Below, piece after piece: positions 35,304 to 46,793 of a stretch of DNA of 46,793 nt. Origin of the DNA: Azolla caroliniana. Taxonomy: Eukaryota; Plantae; Polypodiophyta. The notes beneath the pieces were generated by a model. The model saw only the letters and a program-made list of their open reading frames with translations. It made no database searches and was not told the DNA's origin. The position numbers were made by a program, and so were the translations under genes. The stretch lies in assembly GCA_043228905.1 (NCBI GenBank), contig JBHGNT010000237.1:1-46793 (forward strand), read 5' to 3'. Each line of letters opens with the position of its first letter. Position 1 is the stretch's first letter.

Positions 35304-36461
35304 ATGGCTACTATTAGCGCCCAAGAATATCAATCCGTTTTCTCCGAGGTACAGTGCTTAAAAGAAAAATTTGTTGCCTTGGAACAAGAAAACCAACGAC
35401 TGATAGGGGATCTGCAACAAATCGCTCTAGAAAAACAACAAACGCAGCAACAACATGGGGAGTTAGCGTTACGGGTGCAACAACTCGAAGCGGCATTGCA
35501 ACAACAAGGATCAAGTCCCCAAGGATTTCATAAAGAGCCGAAGATTGGACTTCCGGTGAAATTTGATGGAACGCGACCACAATTTAGGGGATTCCTTAAT
35601 CAGGTACGATTAGTCCTCCAAATGCATCCTTCCCGTTATCCCAATGATGCATCCCGAGTTGGCTTAATAGGCACATTGCTTAGCGGCTCAGCCTTAGCAT
35701 GGTTCGCTCCGCTTCTAGAAAAACAATCGCCTTTGCTTAATAACTTTGAAGATTTTATTAGTGAGTTTAAAGCCTGCTTTGGAGACACCGATAGCATCAG
35801 GACGGCGATCAACAAGATCCGGCGATTGCGTCAAGGCGATCGTCCAGCCTCTGCCTACGCGGCGGATTTCCACCTACTTGCTTCAGATATACCCTGGGAT
35901 GATCAAGCACTAATGGAGCAGTTTCGCTATGGCTTGCGAAACGATGTCAAAGATCTACTTCTAACTTTCCCCGAAGAACCAAAGTCTCTTACGGAGGCAA
36001 TCAGTCGAGCGGTCCGATGTGACAACCGCCTTTTCGAATGGCATTCAGAACGTCAATTACAGATACCACGCTCTAGGCCGGAGACCACTTACACCGCATT
36101 TGCGGCTAAACCGTTTGCACGAGACATACCTCAAACAAATACTTCGACACCGATGGAGATCGATACCATGCGTCGACGCGGCCCGTTATCGGAAGAAGAA
36201 AAGCAACGACGACGTGCCAATCGATTATGTCTTTATTGCAGTGGACCAGGACATATCGCCATCAATTGTCCCCATAGGCCAAGAAGACAGGTAAATCAAA
36301 TCGTCGCCTGTACTAAACCCGAGTCAATTCTTCCCTTCGGAGTGTCTGATAGTATTAATAGTATTAATAGAGTGTCAGATAGTATTCATAGTACTAATAG
36401 CCCAAGTATCTCAAATAAATTTGAAATCCTTAGTCAATTAGATGAAGAGTTAAACGATTGA
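35304..36461 (+). CDS. gag: Gag, 385 aa, intact (coiled coil, capsid, CCHC knuckle)
   Basis: PVKFDGTR, LRQG..ASAYAADF, FRYGL..VKD, PMEID, CLYCSGPGHIAINC. Confidence 0.93.
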   Translation: MATISAQEYQSVFSEVQCLKEKFVALEQENQRLIGDLQQIALEKQQTQQQHGELALRVQQLEAALQQQGSSPQGFHKEPKIGLPVKFDGTRPQFRGFLNQVRLVLQMHPSRYPNDASRVGLIGTLLSGSALAWFAPLLEKQSPLLNNFEDFISEFKACFGDTDSIRTAINKIRRLRQGDRPASAYAADFHLLASDIPWDDQALMEQFRYGLRNDVKDLLLTFPEEPKSLTEAISRAVRCDNRLFEWHSERQLQIPRSRPETTYTAFAAKPFARDIPQTNTSTPMEIDTMRRRGPLSEEEKQRRRANRLCLYCSGPGHIAINCPHRPRRQVNQIVACTKPESILPFGVSDSINSINRVSDSIHSTNSPSISNKFEILSQLDEELND

Positions 36462-36493
36462 GTCCAACCAAAATAGGAGCCGTTTGGTTGGAC
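36449..36493 (+). promoter_or_regulatory. Putative -1 programmed ribosomal frameshift signal
   Basis: G_TTA_AAC, 6-nt spacer, 11-bp stem GTCCAACCAAA/TTTGGTTGGAC; pol is in the -1 frame. Confidence 0.75.
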
Positions 36494-39400
36494 AACAACC
36501 CTAGATCTGTACAACCCATTAGTGGTTCCATTCCTTCCAAGCAAGTTAGCAATGTGTTCCTAGCCCAAGTCATTGTTAGTACTAAAAGTACTTCCCCAGT
36601 ACCCGTCCTAGCACTTTTAGATTCCGGAGCTAATTCCTGTTTCATGGATCGAAATTTTGCCCAAGCTTCTCAGATATCCTTAAGGAAACTTCCTTGTCCC
36701 GCATCTGTAGTAGTCATTGATGGTCGTCCCATTGCTTCCGGGAATATTGTAGAAGAATCAGAACCCATTCAAGTTGTCCTAGGTAGTTTTGTGTGTATAA
36801 TATCATTTAATATAATTAGTAGTCCAGAGCATCCCATTGTCCTAGGATTACCTTGGTTTGAATTACATAATCCAGCCATAGATTGGAGAACAAGAGAAGT
36901 CTGATATCGACCACCCCAAGAATCAACTCACCGAGTTTCGACCATTTCACTCCATCAACTACGCGAAGAAGGACCCAAGAAGGCAATGTTCCTATTTGCC
37001 ATATCAGTACATCCTTCCAACACTATTAAGAAGGACTCCTCAGTACAACTTCCGGCCAAATATCATCCTTATGCCGATGTATTTGACAAGGTAAAAGCTG
37101 GTACCCTTCCTCATCACCGTCCCTATGGCTGTCCCATCGATTTACAACCAGGAACCGAGCAACCATGGGGACCAATTTACAACTTGTCACCCACTGAGTT
37201 AGAAGTCCTTCGAGCCTACATAGAGGAGAACTTGGCAAGCGGGTTCATCCATCATTCGAAATCTCCGGCCGGTGCACCCATCTTCTTTGTCAAGAAGAAA
37301 GATGGCTCACTTCGTCTCGTCGTTGATTACAACGGATTGAATAAAGTCACCATCCGGAATAGGTATGCACTTCCTCTTATATCAAGTTTTTTACTAAAAT
37401 CGACCTACGAGGAGCGTATAACCTTGTGCGGATCCGATCGGGAGATGAATGGAAGACCGCCTTTCACACGCGGTATGGGCATTTCGAGTATACTGTTATG
37501 CCGTTCGGCCTAACCAATGCACCCGCAGTCTTCCAACACATGGAAAATGATATATTCAGAGACCTCTTGGATATTTGCTTGATCATCTATCTGGATGATC
37601 TATTGATTTATTCGAAGACCCAGCAAGAGCACGATTCTCATGTACTATTAGTACTAACGCAACTCCGCGAGAATGGTCTTTATGCCAAGCTAGAAAAATG
37701 TAGCTTTGACTGCAAGCAAGTGGAATTTCTAGGCTACGTCATCTCCTCAAAAGGCATCGCTATGGATCCAGCTAAAATCCAAACTGTACTAGAGTGGCAA
37801 ATTCCACGGTCGGTATGAGATGTACAATATTTTCTAGGTTTTGCTAACTTCTACCATAAGTTTATACAGGATTACTTGAAGATTATCTTACCTCTCACAC
37901 AACTTACGAAGAAGGGCCAAGCATTTCTTTGGTCCATCAAAGTAGATATGGCTTTTTGGCATCTTAAGAAAACCTTTACATCAGCACCGATTCTAGCTCA
38001 TGTGGATACAAGAAAACCATTCATCATGGAGGCCGACGCATCAGATTTCGCCCTCGGTAGCATCCTTTCTCAACAAGGAGATAAAGAAGAGTTGCATCCG
38101 GTGGCTTTCCATTCGAGCAAATTTGATGTCACAAAAATCAACTACGAAATACATGACAAAGAGTTATTAGCCATCGTGGATTCATTTGTGAAATGGCGGC
38201 ATTTCTTAGAGGGCTCTCCACATCAGGTCATTGTCTTTAGCGATCATAAAAATCTTGCTTATTTTCAGAACGCTCGCGTACTAAATCGACGGCAAGCTCG
38301 GTGGGCGCAATTCCTCACGCGTTTCGAATTCAAAATCACATATCGACCGGGGAAGCAGCAAGGAAAAGCAGATGCACTATCACGGCAGTCATATCTTGCA
38401 CCTCGTCCTGGTGATGCAACATTTGATAATGAAAAGCAAGTAATCTTGGGACCAACACGATTGCACAAGACGCGGATTTTTCACACCCCGATGGATTCAC
38501 GGATTACCGATGACATACGTGCAACCTTGAAGACGGATAGTTTTGCTCAAGACATCTTGGCGCACATTGATACTTCTCGGGCATCCTGTTCTCAGTCTCA
38601 ACAACCAGGTATTGACTACCGACAATTCGAATATCATGAGGGTTTGTTATTCTTTAAAAAGCGCGTATATGTCCCCGATTGCTCCTGTCGCCTTCAAATC
38701 GTCCAGCATTGTCACAACACCCATACGGCGGGACATTTCGGTAGTACTAAGACGTTGGAGCTAGTGCAACGATCTTTTTGGTGGCCCCACATGCGCCGTT
38801 TTGTAGACGACTACGTTCAGACCTGTGATGCTTGCTGCCGAGCAAAGATGCCACGACACCATCCATATGGCTTGTTGGAACCCTTACCGATTCCAAGTAA
38901 GCCGTGGCACTCTATTTGTCTTGATTTTATCACAGATCTGCCAGTCTCAAAGGGGTTCGATGCTATCCTAACCGTTGTCGATCGATATACGAAGATGGCA
39001 CATTTTGTGCCGTGTACTAAAGCCATCACTAGTGAGGAAACCGCCGCCCTTGTTATGCGTGAGGTATTTTGGCATCATGGCCTCCCAGATAATATCATCA
39101 GTGATCGAGGACCGCAATTTGTCTCCAAATTTTGGCAGCATCTCTTCAAGATGCTCAAGGTCTCCTGCAACCTATCCTCCGGCTACCATCCTCAAACTGA
39201 CGGGCAGGCGGAACGAACAAACCAAACACTGGAGCAATATCTCCGGTGTTTCCTGAGTTATCAACAGGATGATTGGGTCGAGATTCTCCACTTTGCGGAG
39301 TTTGCGTATAATAATGCTATTCACTCCTCGACTCGGGTCTCCCCATTTTTCTCTTATACCGGTTCTCATCCTCGTTGGTCGGTGATCGACACCCCGGAGC

Positions 39401-40002
39401 TACTTACCAATCCTCGTGCCGGGGATCATTTGGAGAGACTATGCAAGATCCAGACAGATCTCCTGACTCATCTTCGTCATGCTCAACAAGCGCAGAAGAC
39501 TTACGTAGATCGTCATCGGCTTCCCTCCTCTTTTGCCATCGGAGATCGAGTATGGTTCTTATGTCGTCACATCAAGACTACTCGACCGTGCGACAAGTTG
39601 GATTATCAACGACTCGGTCGTTTCCGTATTACGGGTAAGGTTAATGATGTCACATTCCGCCTTGATCTCCCTCCGCAGCTTCAGATACATCTGGTTTTCC
39701 ATTGTTCTCTTCTTGAACCTTATAAAGCAAACACCATTCCCGATCGTGTTACACCACCGCCGCCCCCGCTGGAGTTGGACGCCGGCCCAGAGTATGAAGT
39801 TGCTGCCATCCTCGATTCCAAACTTGTTCACAACAAACTTTATTATTTGGTCGATTGGCTTGGTTATAGTCCAAGCAAACGTACTTGGGAACCCGTCGAG
39901 CATGTTGCCAATGCTTAGGATCTTCTTGCTGATTTCCACCGGAAGTATCCAGACAAACCCGGTCCGCAATCAGCGCCGACTCGTTCCACTCGTCGTCTTT
40001 AA
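36458..40002 (+). pseudogene. pol: pol (PR-RT-RNase H-integrase-chromodomain) with stops at 36902, 37816, 39916 and a deletion/frameshift near 37387
   Basis: LLDSGA, IYLDDL, EADASD, LDFIT..SDRG..GQAERT, EYEVAAILDSK..YYLVDWLGY..TWEP. Confidence 0.93.
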
Positions 40003-40013
40003 GGGGGAGATAG

Positions 40014-40472
40014 TGTCATGATATGGCAAGACTCGAACCCATGACCTTATGCTACATGGGTCGAGCTCTTACCATTAGACTATGAATTGTAATACGAAGG
40101 ATATTATTTTCATTTATGCTTTATCATAGAAAATTGATGTATATTCCAGATCTCTCTGGAACATTCTAGAAGCTTCAGGATTATTCCTGAGAACACTATA
40201 AAAGAGGGCACTAGGCATTATGTTGAACCAAATTGCTTCAACGCCAGTCTTAAGCCTTTTAGCAATTTTCTACTTATCCTTCACATAATATATTGGTTGT
40301 CATCATCATCTCTCTCTCTCTCTCTCTCTCTCTCATCCTCGCTATCTCTCCTTTCGCTTCTCTCTTTCTCTCTCTCTCTCTCAAGAGTCTTACGCAGTCC
40401 CATCCTCTTAGTACTAATAGTACTGCTCTTCTTTAGTACTAATTCCATCTCTGCTTAGTACTATTCCTGACA
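40014..40472 (+). repeat. 3' LTR of copy C
   Basis: Direct repeat of 34786-35236; A box 40082-40072 and B box GGTTCGAGTC 40039-40030 on minus strand. Confidence 0.95.
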
Positions 40473-40477
40473 GTGTC

Positions 40478-41797
40478 GAGGATAAACATCCTCCCGTCTC
40501 TGTGCCCTTGCGCAATAATCTGGCCCTCTTCCTAGATGAAGCACCCAAGGTGCATAAACCGCACCTGCATCCCCTGGTCGACGATCTGTCCTACCGACAC
40601 CAGGTTCTTCGTGATTGTCGGAACGTGTAATACGTTCATCAACTTCCCCTTCTGTCCGACGTGGCTCAAAGGGACTTCTCCGACATGCACGATTGGGTGA
40701 GGAGTGTCGTCTCCGGTTTCGACTACTCCTAGTTGATTCGGTTTTTCCAAAAAGGACAACCACTCTTTGTGGCTCGTCATGTGGTTCGTCGCACTGGAGT
40801 CAACATACCACACTTCCTCTGATTTGGAAGTGGTCTTCTTCATCGAGTTCGCCTCGTGCTTCATCACCAAGGCTGGCCCGCTACCGTTCTTCCGATCCCT
40901 TCGTGTAGTGCGAGCTTTGTCGGCCATCGTTGCCGGCCTTGCCGGATCCGGATTTGTCCGAATCGACGCGTTTTTTCCAGCACTCTCTTTCTCTGTGGCC
41001 CTTTTTGCCACAGTACCAGCATTCCGTTGCAGATTTGTGTTGTCGGCCTCCGGCACTGCCTGACTCCCCCTGCTTGTGGAGGTCCCGGAACTGTTGTGCC
41101 TTCTTTCTTGCTCTTGTCGGCCGCCTCCATTGCGTGCCGACCTGCCTCGTCCACCACTCCCACGGGACCGATCCGCCTCCGTGTACAACATCCGGCTATT
41201 AGTGGGTGCGCTAGTTGACGCACCGGCGTGGTTCTCCTCTACAAGGAGCATCGACTATAAGTCGAAAAATGATAGCGTATTCTCCCTTGTACACACTGCC
41301 GTTCGGAACGCTCTGAACTTCGACGCCAGGCCCCCAAGACAGACACGTACCATCTCGTCTTCCTCTACAGTAACGTTGATAGAGGCAAGCGAGTCACATA
41401 TCTCTTTGATCCGGACTGTGTAATCCGCCACCGACATGTCCTTTTGTCGGACATTGCCCAACTCCTATCGGAGTTGCAGCTTCCGGGCTGTTGTGCTCGT
41501 GGCGAACACCTTCTTCAGGTTCCTCCAAGCCTCCTTCGGCGTCTTGGCGTCTCGGATGTGGCTCAGCAGCTGGTCTCCGACACTGGACGCGAAGCAGTAC
41601 ATCACTCTGCTTGCCGATTGTTCCCACACTGGGAAGTCTTTATGTGCCGCATTAGGTGCTGTTTCGTTGGCTCCTTCGACGAAACTCTAGTAGCCATGCC
41701 CAAGCAGGTACTGGTGCATCTTATACGACCAAGATGCATAGTTGGATCTGTCGAGTTTCTCCACAGGGAGTGAGCTAGCCATCCCTTTATCCATCAT
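40478..41797 (-). pseudogene. Copia gag-protease, disrupted
   Basis: MASSLPVEKLDRSNY.., MVRVCLGGL, WYVDSSATNHMT, NLVSVGQ. Confidence 0.88.
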
Positions 41798-41889
41798 TTC
41801 TCTGTCTGCTGTTTTACGACCTATTAGGGTTTGTTGTCAAGCATTTGTCAGTTGCAAAGGAGGTTCTCAACCCTCGCGCTCTGATACCA

Positions 41890-42290
41890 TGTAAACGATT
41901 ACTTGCGGAAGCGTTAGAAAAACAGAGAAATTAGGGAAAACACAGAGTACGCGAGAGAGACAGAGAGAGCAGAACGTAAAAGCTATATTCAAAAACGATA
42001 TATGCCTCTGTCGTTTACAATTGTGCTCAGTAGCACTATTTATACAAGTCCTCATGGGATTGACAGAAGTACCACGTACTACAATGCTCACACGAGCTTC
42101 TGACACTTACTACGAGACTATAATTGCCTAGTAGTCTAAACTAATACTAGGCTTCCGGTTACCGATTGGACCCGGCTAACCGGCTCTCCAGCTCACCGGC
42201 TCTATTGCTTGCTGGCTTCCCGATCCGTCTCGCTTGCTGGCTCAGGCTTATTCAGCCGATCCGGCTCCAGTTGAGCTTGCCGCTTCAACA
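41890..42290 (-). repeat. Copia 5' LTR
   Basis: Adjacent to PBS; followed by TSD GATTC. Confidence 0.92.
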
Positions 42291-42295
42291 GATTC

Positions 42296-43030
42296 GAAGA
42301 AGGAGCACTCGACGGCTCAAGAATCCTCATCCCCACCTTCTGCTTTGAGTGCTCCATCAACTTCGGGATGTGAGCTCTCGGCACCGGAATCGGCTTGAGA
42401 TTCCACGGTACATGCGGTAACAACCTGAAAAACTTTGCCTTTCTTCCTTTATAATTTGAGAAATTCTCATCTATCGAAGCATGTCTCCAAGTTCATCTAT
42501 TGTAGCTCCCCCGTGGGTTGAACCACTTCGTCATTCCTCAGTCTTTGGGCTTGTGGTTCTTACCTTTCGTTATGGTTTTTTCGACCAATCTGAATTACAG
42601 TACTCGATCTTGTCTAACTCTCCCATTGTCGATGCTTATCAAAATGCCCACACGCTCTCTTCACTACTGCCCAATCTGAAATGAGACCTTCATCGTTTTC
42701 CAGCAATAATCCAAGGTCTCTTCGGTTTTTCACATCTATTGCTTTAATAAATAGGAGCACCTTGCTAGAATCCAGAATTGTTTGGTCATGTGTAGGTAGA
42801 CGTTCCAATCTTTGCTCGAATTCGTGGAGCGTCACACTCGCACTCAACTCTTTGTTAGTAGACTCCAACGAGTCCATTAAATCCTTCTTTGTCACTCAAG
42901 ATGAGTCACCAAATCCATATTCTTCAAGTAAACTTCGTTGAAAAGATGACCATCCAAGATTTTCCTCTTGTAGCTCTAGAACCCGGGAGTATAGACTTCA
43001 AGTTATAACCCTCGAGAAGCTTGCCACTTC
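42296..43030 (-). pseudogene. Gypsy family A RT N-terminus and gag remnant joined by a deletion
   Basis: PHVPWNLKPIPVPRAHIPKL..ILEPSSAP; SKVLLFIKAIDVKNRRDLGLLLE. Confidence 0.7.
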
Positions 43031-43429
43031 TCACGCCACACGTGTGTGGACATTGCCCCTTCTAAATCTTGTTTGTTTTACGTGATTTTCACATCGTTGC
43101 TGAAAATCTTTACGACAACGCATAACCTTTTCCATCATTGTCTTTTCACAATTATAACTAAAAATCTTTTCAAATATTTTTTTTCATATTAATATTTTTA
43201 TTTTTATTTTTATTTCCAACATACGTTGGTCATTCAACGTGATCTACCTACCGACTCCGAGAGTCATAGGTTCCTCTGACCCCAATTAGTTCTATCGGTC
43301 CTCCAACCCATTTACTCCTAGTACTCGTCTAGGGTTCCCGACAATCTGGACGGTCGAATCTTTTGGTCGTTCGGGGTCCCCGACATCCTAGTTACCCCTG
43401 TGTTGCTCCTACTCCTTGGCCGGATTTGA

Positions 43430-46390
43430 TGGCATTGACGGTTTTAGTTGGAATCCGTTCACCCATTTGTCAAGTACTTCTCCGGCTAAGGTACATAACT
43501 AATACGATCCATTGAATTCCATGATTATCCAATACGACCTAAACCCTAAACTGGTTCAATAAACTTTGTACCCGGTGTTCTTCGAGTTCGAGCAATTTTT
43601 CCAATCTCATCCATTTTGACTCCTGTTCGTTCAGTTGTTCTCATACTTGAACGTGTAAACTCAGAATTTGGAATTCCATCATCATCACTGCTTCCAATTT
43701 GAAAGCCAGTTGGAATGGTGTCAACCGTATGCTTGTCTTATAACTCATTCGGTATGCCCACAACGTGCTTTGCGACTTTGTGTCCCAATCTTTCCGATTC
43801 TCATTCACAAGGTTCTTCAAAATGTTCTAGAGTGTCTTGTTTGTATATTTGGTTAATCTGTTAGCCTGCGGGTAGTAAGGGGTGTTTCTTTTTATGTACG
43901 ACGGCATAAAACAGTGTCAAGCTCTCTACTACTTGGCCGATGAAGTGCCCTCCTTGAACACTTATTAATTCAATCGGACATCCGAACCTACACCAAATGT
44001 TCTCATAAAACAATTTCACGGTTGACACTACTATGTTATCTCGTAGTGCCTTACCCATTTGGTGCAATAATCCATGGAAACTATGATGTACCTATTACAG
44101 GTTCGTGTTGCCGCTGACTTGAATGGTCTGACAAAATCCAATCCCCACTTCTGGAACATTTCTAGTGGTAGCACCGGATGATGGGGCATCCGCGCTTGCT
44201 CTGTGGGTTGACCCATTCTTTGACATAAGTCACATTCGCGGCAATACCGGATTGAATCTTTCAGGGTGGTTAGCCATCACAAGCCGCTCCGCCAAATCTT
44301 CCTAGTTGTTTCCTCTCCGGCATAGAGGCCATCGGCTACTCCGCAATGAGCTTCCCGTAATACCGCATCCTTCTCGTTGCTTCAGACCACTCGTCTCCAT
44401 ATTCTATCTTCTCCTTTGTGATACAATGTGTCTTGTATGATACAGAAGTGTCGGCTCCGGACCACCAGCAGCTTCTGCTCTTCTCAACTCATTTCTTCTA
44501 GTGGTAGGCCGGTACTTAAGAACTGCTGCATGTTGGTAATCCATTTTTTGTCAGATTGTACCACCTCGGTTGTTGATTTGTCAATTGTGACTTGAAACAA
44601 TTGGGCGTCCGGAAATTCGTCCTGTATTCTGTCACTTGTTTCCCCCGAACTCCAACCAACTTAAGTAAATTGGTACAATGTGTTGGACGCCAAGTTGATG
44701 ATAAATATCAAACTCAAACTCCCATAGCAGTAGAGTCCATCTAGCTAATTTTCATGTTAATGAGGCTTTGGATGCCTAGTATATTAGCGTCGAATGATCT
44801 ACGTGGAATGAGAATTTCCGTCCCAACCCAAAAGATAGTGCCTATATTTTGTAACGTTGTATGTCATTCCCAATGCTTCCCATTCCATAGTCGAGTAGTT
44901 CCGTTCGGCCTTAGAGAGTTTCTGGCTTGTGTGTATACTGCTGATACTAGTTTGGCTCCGTCAACTGCATTAGTACGCTACCAATAGCAATATCCGACGC
45001 ATCTACAAAAACGTGAAAGTCTCTTGTCCAATCCGGTAGTTGTACTACTAGGGCTTGCGATAGCATCACTTTTAAGGCTTGGTAAGCCTTTCCCTCTTGC
45101 TCTGTCCATTGGAATGGTATCTGGTGCACCACAACATGTAATGGTATGGAAAAACCTAACAGATACCCGAGCATTCGGTTGTGCCACCAGATCTGACCAA
45201 GATATTTGCTTAATGCCTTTGCATTTGTGGGTACGGGTGTTGCTAGTATAGCATTTACTTTGTTCGGATCTACGACAATTCCATCCTTAATGATGATGTG
45301 ACTCAATAGGGCGCCACTTGCTACTCTTAATGCACATTTCGTCGGATTCAAGCTTAATCTTGCATTCCAACACTTTTCCAAACACAATCGGGGGTGATCC
45401 AAATGTTCCATTTTCTGGTTGTACATAACAAAATCATCCAAAAACACATGCATGAATTCCGGGATGTATTCCCCAAAGATTTCCATAATGATACGTTGAA
45501 ATGTTGTGGGCAGTCTTCAATCTAAACGTCATTACTACGACGACCAAGACTCACCATTCAGTAACAATTGTCGTCTTTTCTTGATCATCCGGATGCATGC
45601 TTATCTGGCTATATTTGTTGAACCCATACAAGAAGCTATATATTTTGTGTCCCACGACTGCATCTAGCACTTCATCTGTTATTGTGGTTGCATTCAATTT
45701 CCGATAGTCAACGCAAACTCGAATGTTCCCATTCTTTATGGGTACTACCAGAATCAGGTTGAGCAAAGTCACTTGCTTAACTAGTCCAATAAAGTCGACT
45801 CTTAATAATTTGTCAATTTCCTCCTTTACTTTAACCACATAGTTGGGGTTCTTTCAGTAGCGCCTTTGAGCTACCGGTTTCGCGTCTTTGCTGAGGTGGA
45901 TTTGATGTTGATAGAACTTCAGGTCCATCCACTTCATATCTTCGTAGGACCAGGTGAATACATCTTTAAATTCTTTTAATAGTACCACCATTTCTATTTT
46001 CTCATCCGGCCGCATTTCCTTAGCAACGTGTACCGGCCATGGTTCTTCAGTTGTATCCAGCCAGGTTCACTTCTTCTAGCGTTGATGCTTTTACTCATTG
46101 TGACACTACTTCCTCTTTTTCTAACACTTCCTCAGCCTGCCGGAATTCCCGGAGAGCTCCCTGATCCGTTCCCGGAGAGCTTCCCGATCTGGAGCGACGA
46201 TGTCTTCTTCTTTGTTGGTTATGTACGGGGTTATTGCTTCCGCCATATCTATCTCGAAAAGTGGTAGAATCCTTCAGTTCTCTATTTAAAACGGGTTCAC
46301 TTCTTCATCCGCAATCTTGTCGAGCATGTTTACAACTTCTACATACAAGGGTGTGAGTTGCTTGTTGGTAGATACTCATTGTTGGCATAA
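43430..46390 (-). pseudogene. Older decayed pol of the same gypsy group as 19106-28527
   Basis: [47 protein letters not shown]; many stops and frameshifts; no LTR found. Confidence 0.88.
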
Positions 46391-46420
46391 AAGGTTGACT
46401 CCTTCCACTTTGTATCCTAG

Positions 46421-46793
46421 TGTGAACACATCCATATAGTTAGGGTTTAGTATATAACCTATAACCTAACATTGTAACATCATCCTTCTTGTATCTAGAT
46501 TCTCTGAGAGTGTAAGAGTCACAGAATAATGATACCTTCCATTAGAGCTTGAAGTGTGTCTACCTTTCCATTCTTTCTTCTGTCATAGTCTCTATGTTAT
46601 TTGTTGTACACATAATCGACAGGTCCTCATATACTTTGGCATACATCTCAAACCCCATCAACATCAACTCGTATCAGAGCAACTTGTTCTTCATCAGCAA
46701 CAAAAGAGCAAAGAAAGCTGATAGAAAAGACAAGCTCAGTAAAAAATCTCATTTCTAAAAAAGAACATGGCTTCAACATCCAGTACAAGACTT
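46421..46793 (+). mobile_element. Possible start of another LTR element (LTR ~46421-46666, degenerate iMet PBS, ATG 46768)
   Basis: TG..CA, then AC and TCGTATCAGAGC (46669-46680); no second LTR in the window. Confidence 0.45.

Larger units (their letters stand above)
34786..40472 (+). mobile_element. Tcn1-like chromovirus copy C, structurally complete
   Basis: LTRs 34786-35236 and 40014-40472; TSD GTGTC; PPT AAGGGGGAGATAG (40001-40013); gag and pol with chromodomain. Confidence 0.96.
31223..42290 (-). mobile_element. Ty1/copia element, decayed, carrying a nested Tcn1-like insertion
   Basis: LTRs 31223-31611 and 41890-42290; TSD GATTC; PBS TGGTATCAGAGC (41889-41878); PPT AGCTTGAGGGGGAG; gag from ~41797. 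Confidence 0.95.

Noticed and set aside
46439-46470. Telomeric repeat (TTAGGGTTTAG)
   Set aside because: Fewer than two units; not an array

Overview
A 46.8 kb block of nested LTR retrotransposons from a plant nuclear genome, with no host genes. The host is probably a seed-free plant; the RNA-editing signature of the embedded plastid DNA suggests a fern-like lineage (inference). Contents: (1) three copies of a Tcn1-like chromovirus (2452-3215 minus, truncated; 3873-~15935 plus, interrupted; 34786-40472 plus, complete with TSD); (2) a young, complete Tnt1/Tork-like copia with a 1357-aa ORF (9822-15224); (3) a second copia family (31223-42290 complete; ~15935-17611 deleted); (4) a 9.4 kb non-chromovirus gypsy with an extra 3' coiled-coil ORF (19106-28527) and a decayed relative (~43430-46390); (5) remnants of another gypsy family, including a tandem LTR-44bp-LTR structure (954-2451). 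Main highlights: a tRNA-like Pol III A/B-box module in six LTRs from two different families; a gypsy element with an inverted PBS-like, tRNA-3'-end-like motif where the polypurine tract should be; covarying evidence for Tf1-type self-priming plus a -1 frameshift signal in the chromovirus; and a 2.2 kb mosaic of at least 11 unedited plastid fragments inserted cleanly into a gag gene. All coordinates and counts were read by eye and family names are inferred from motifs.
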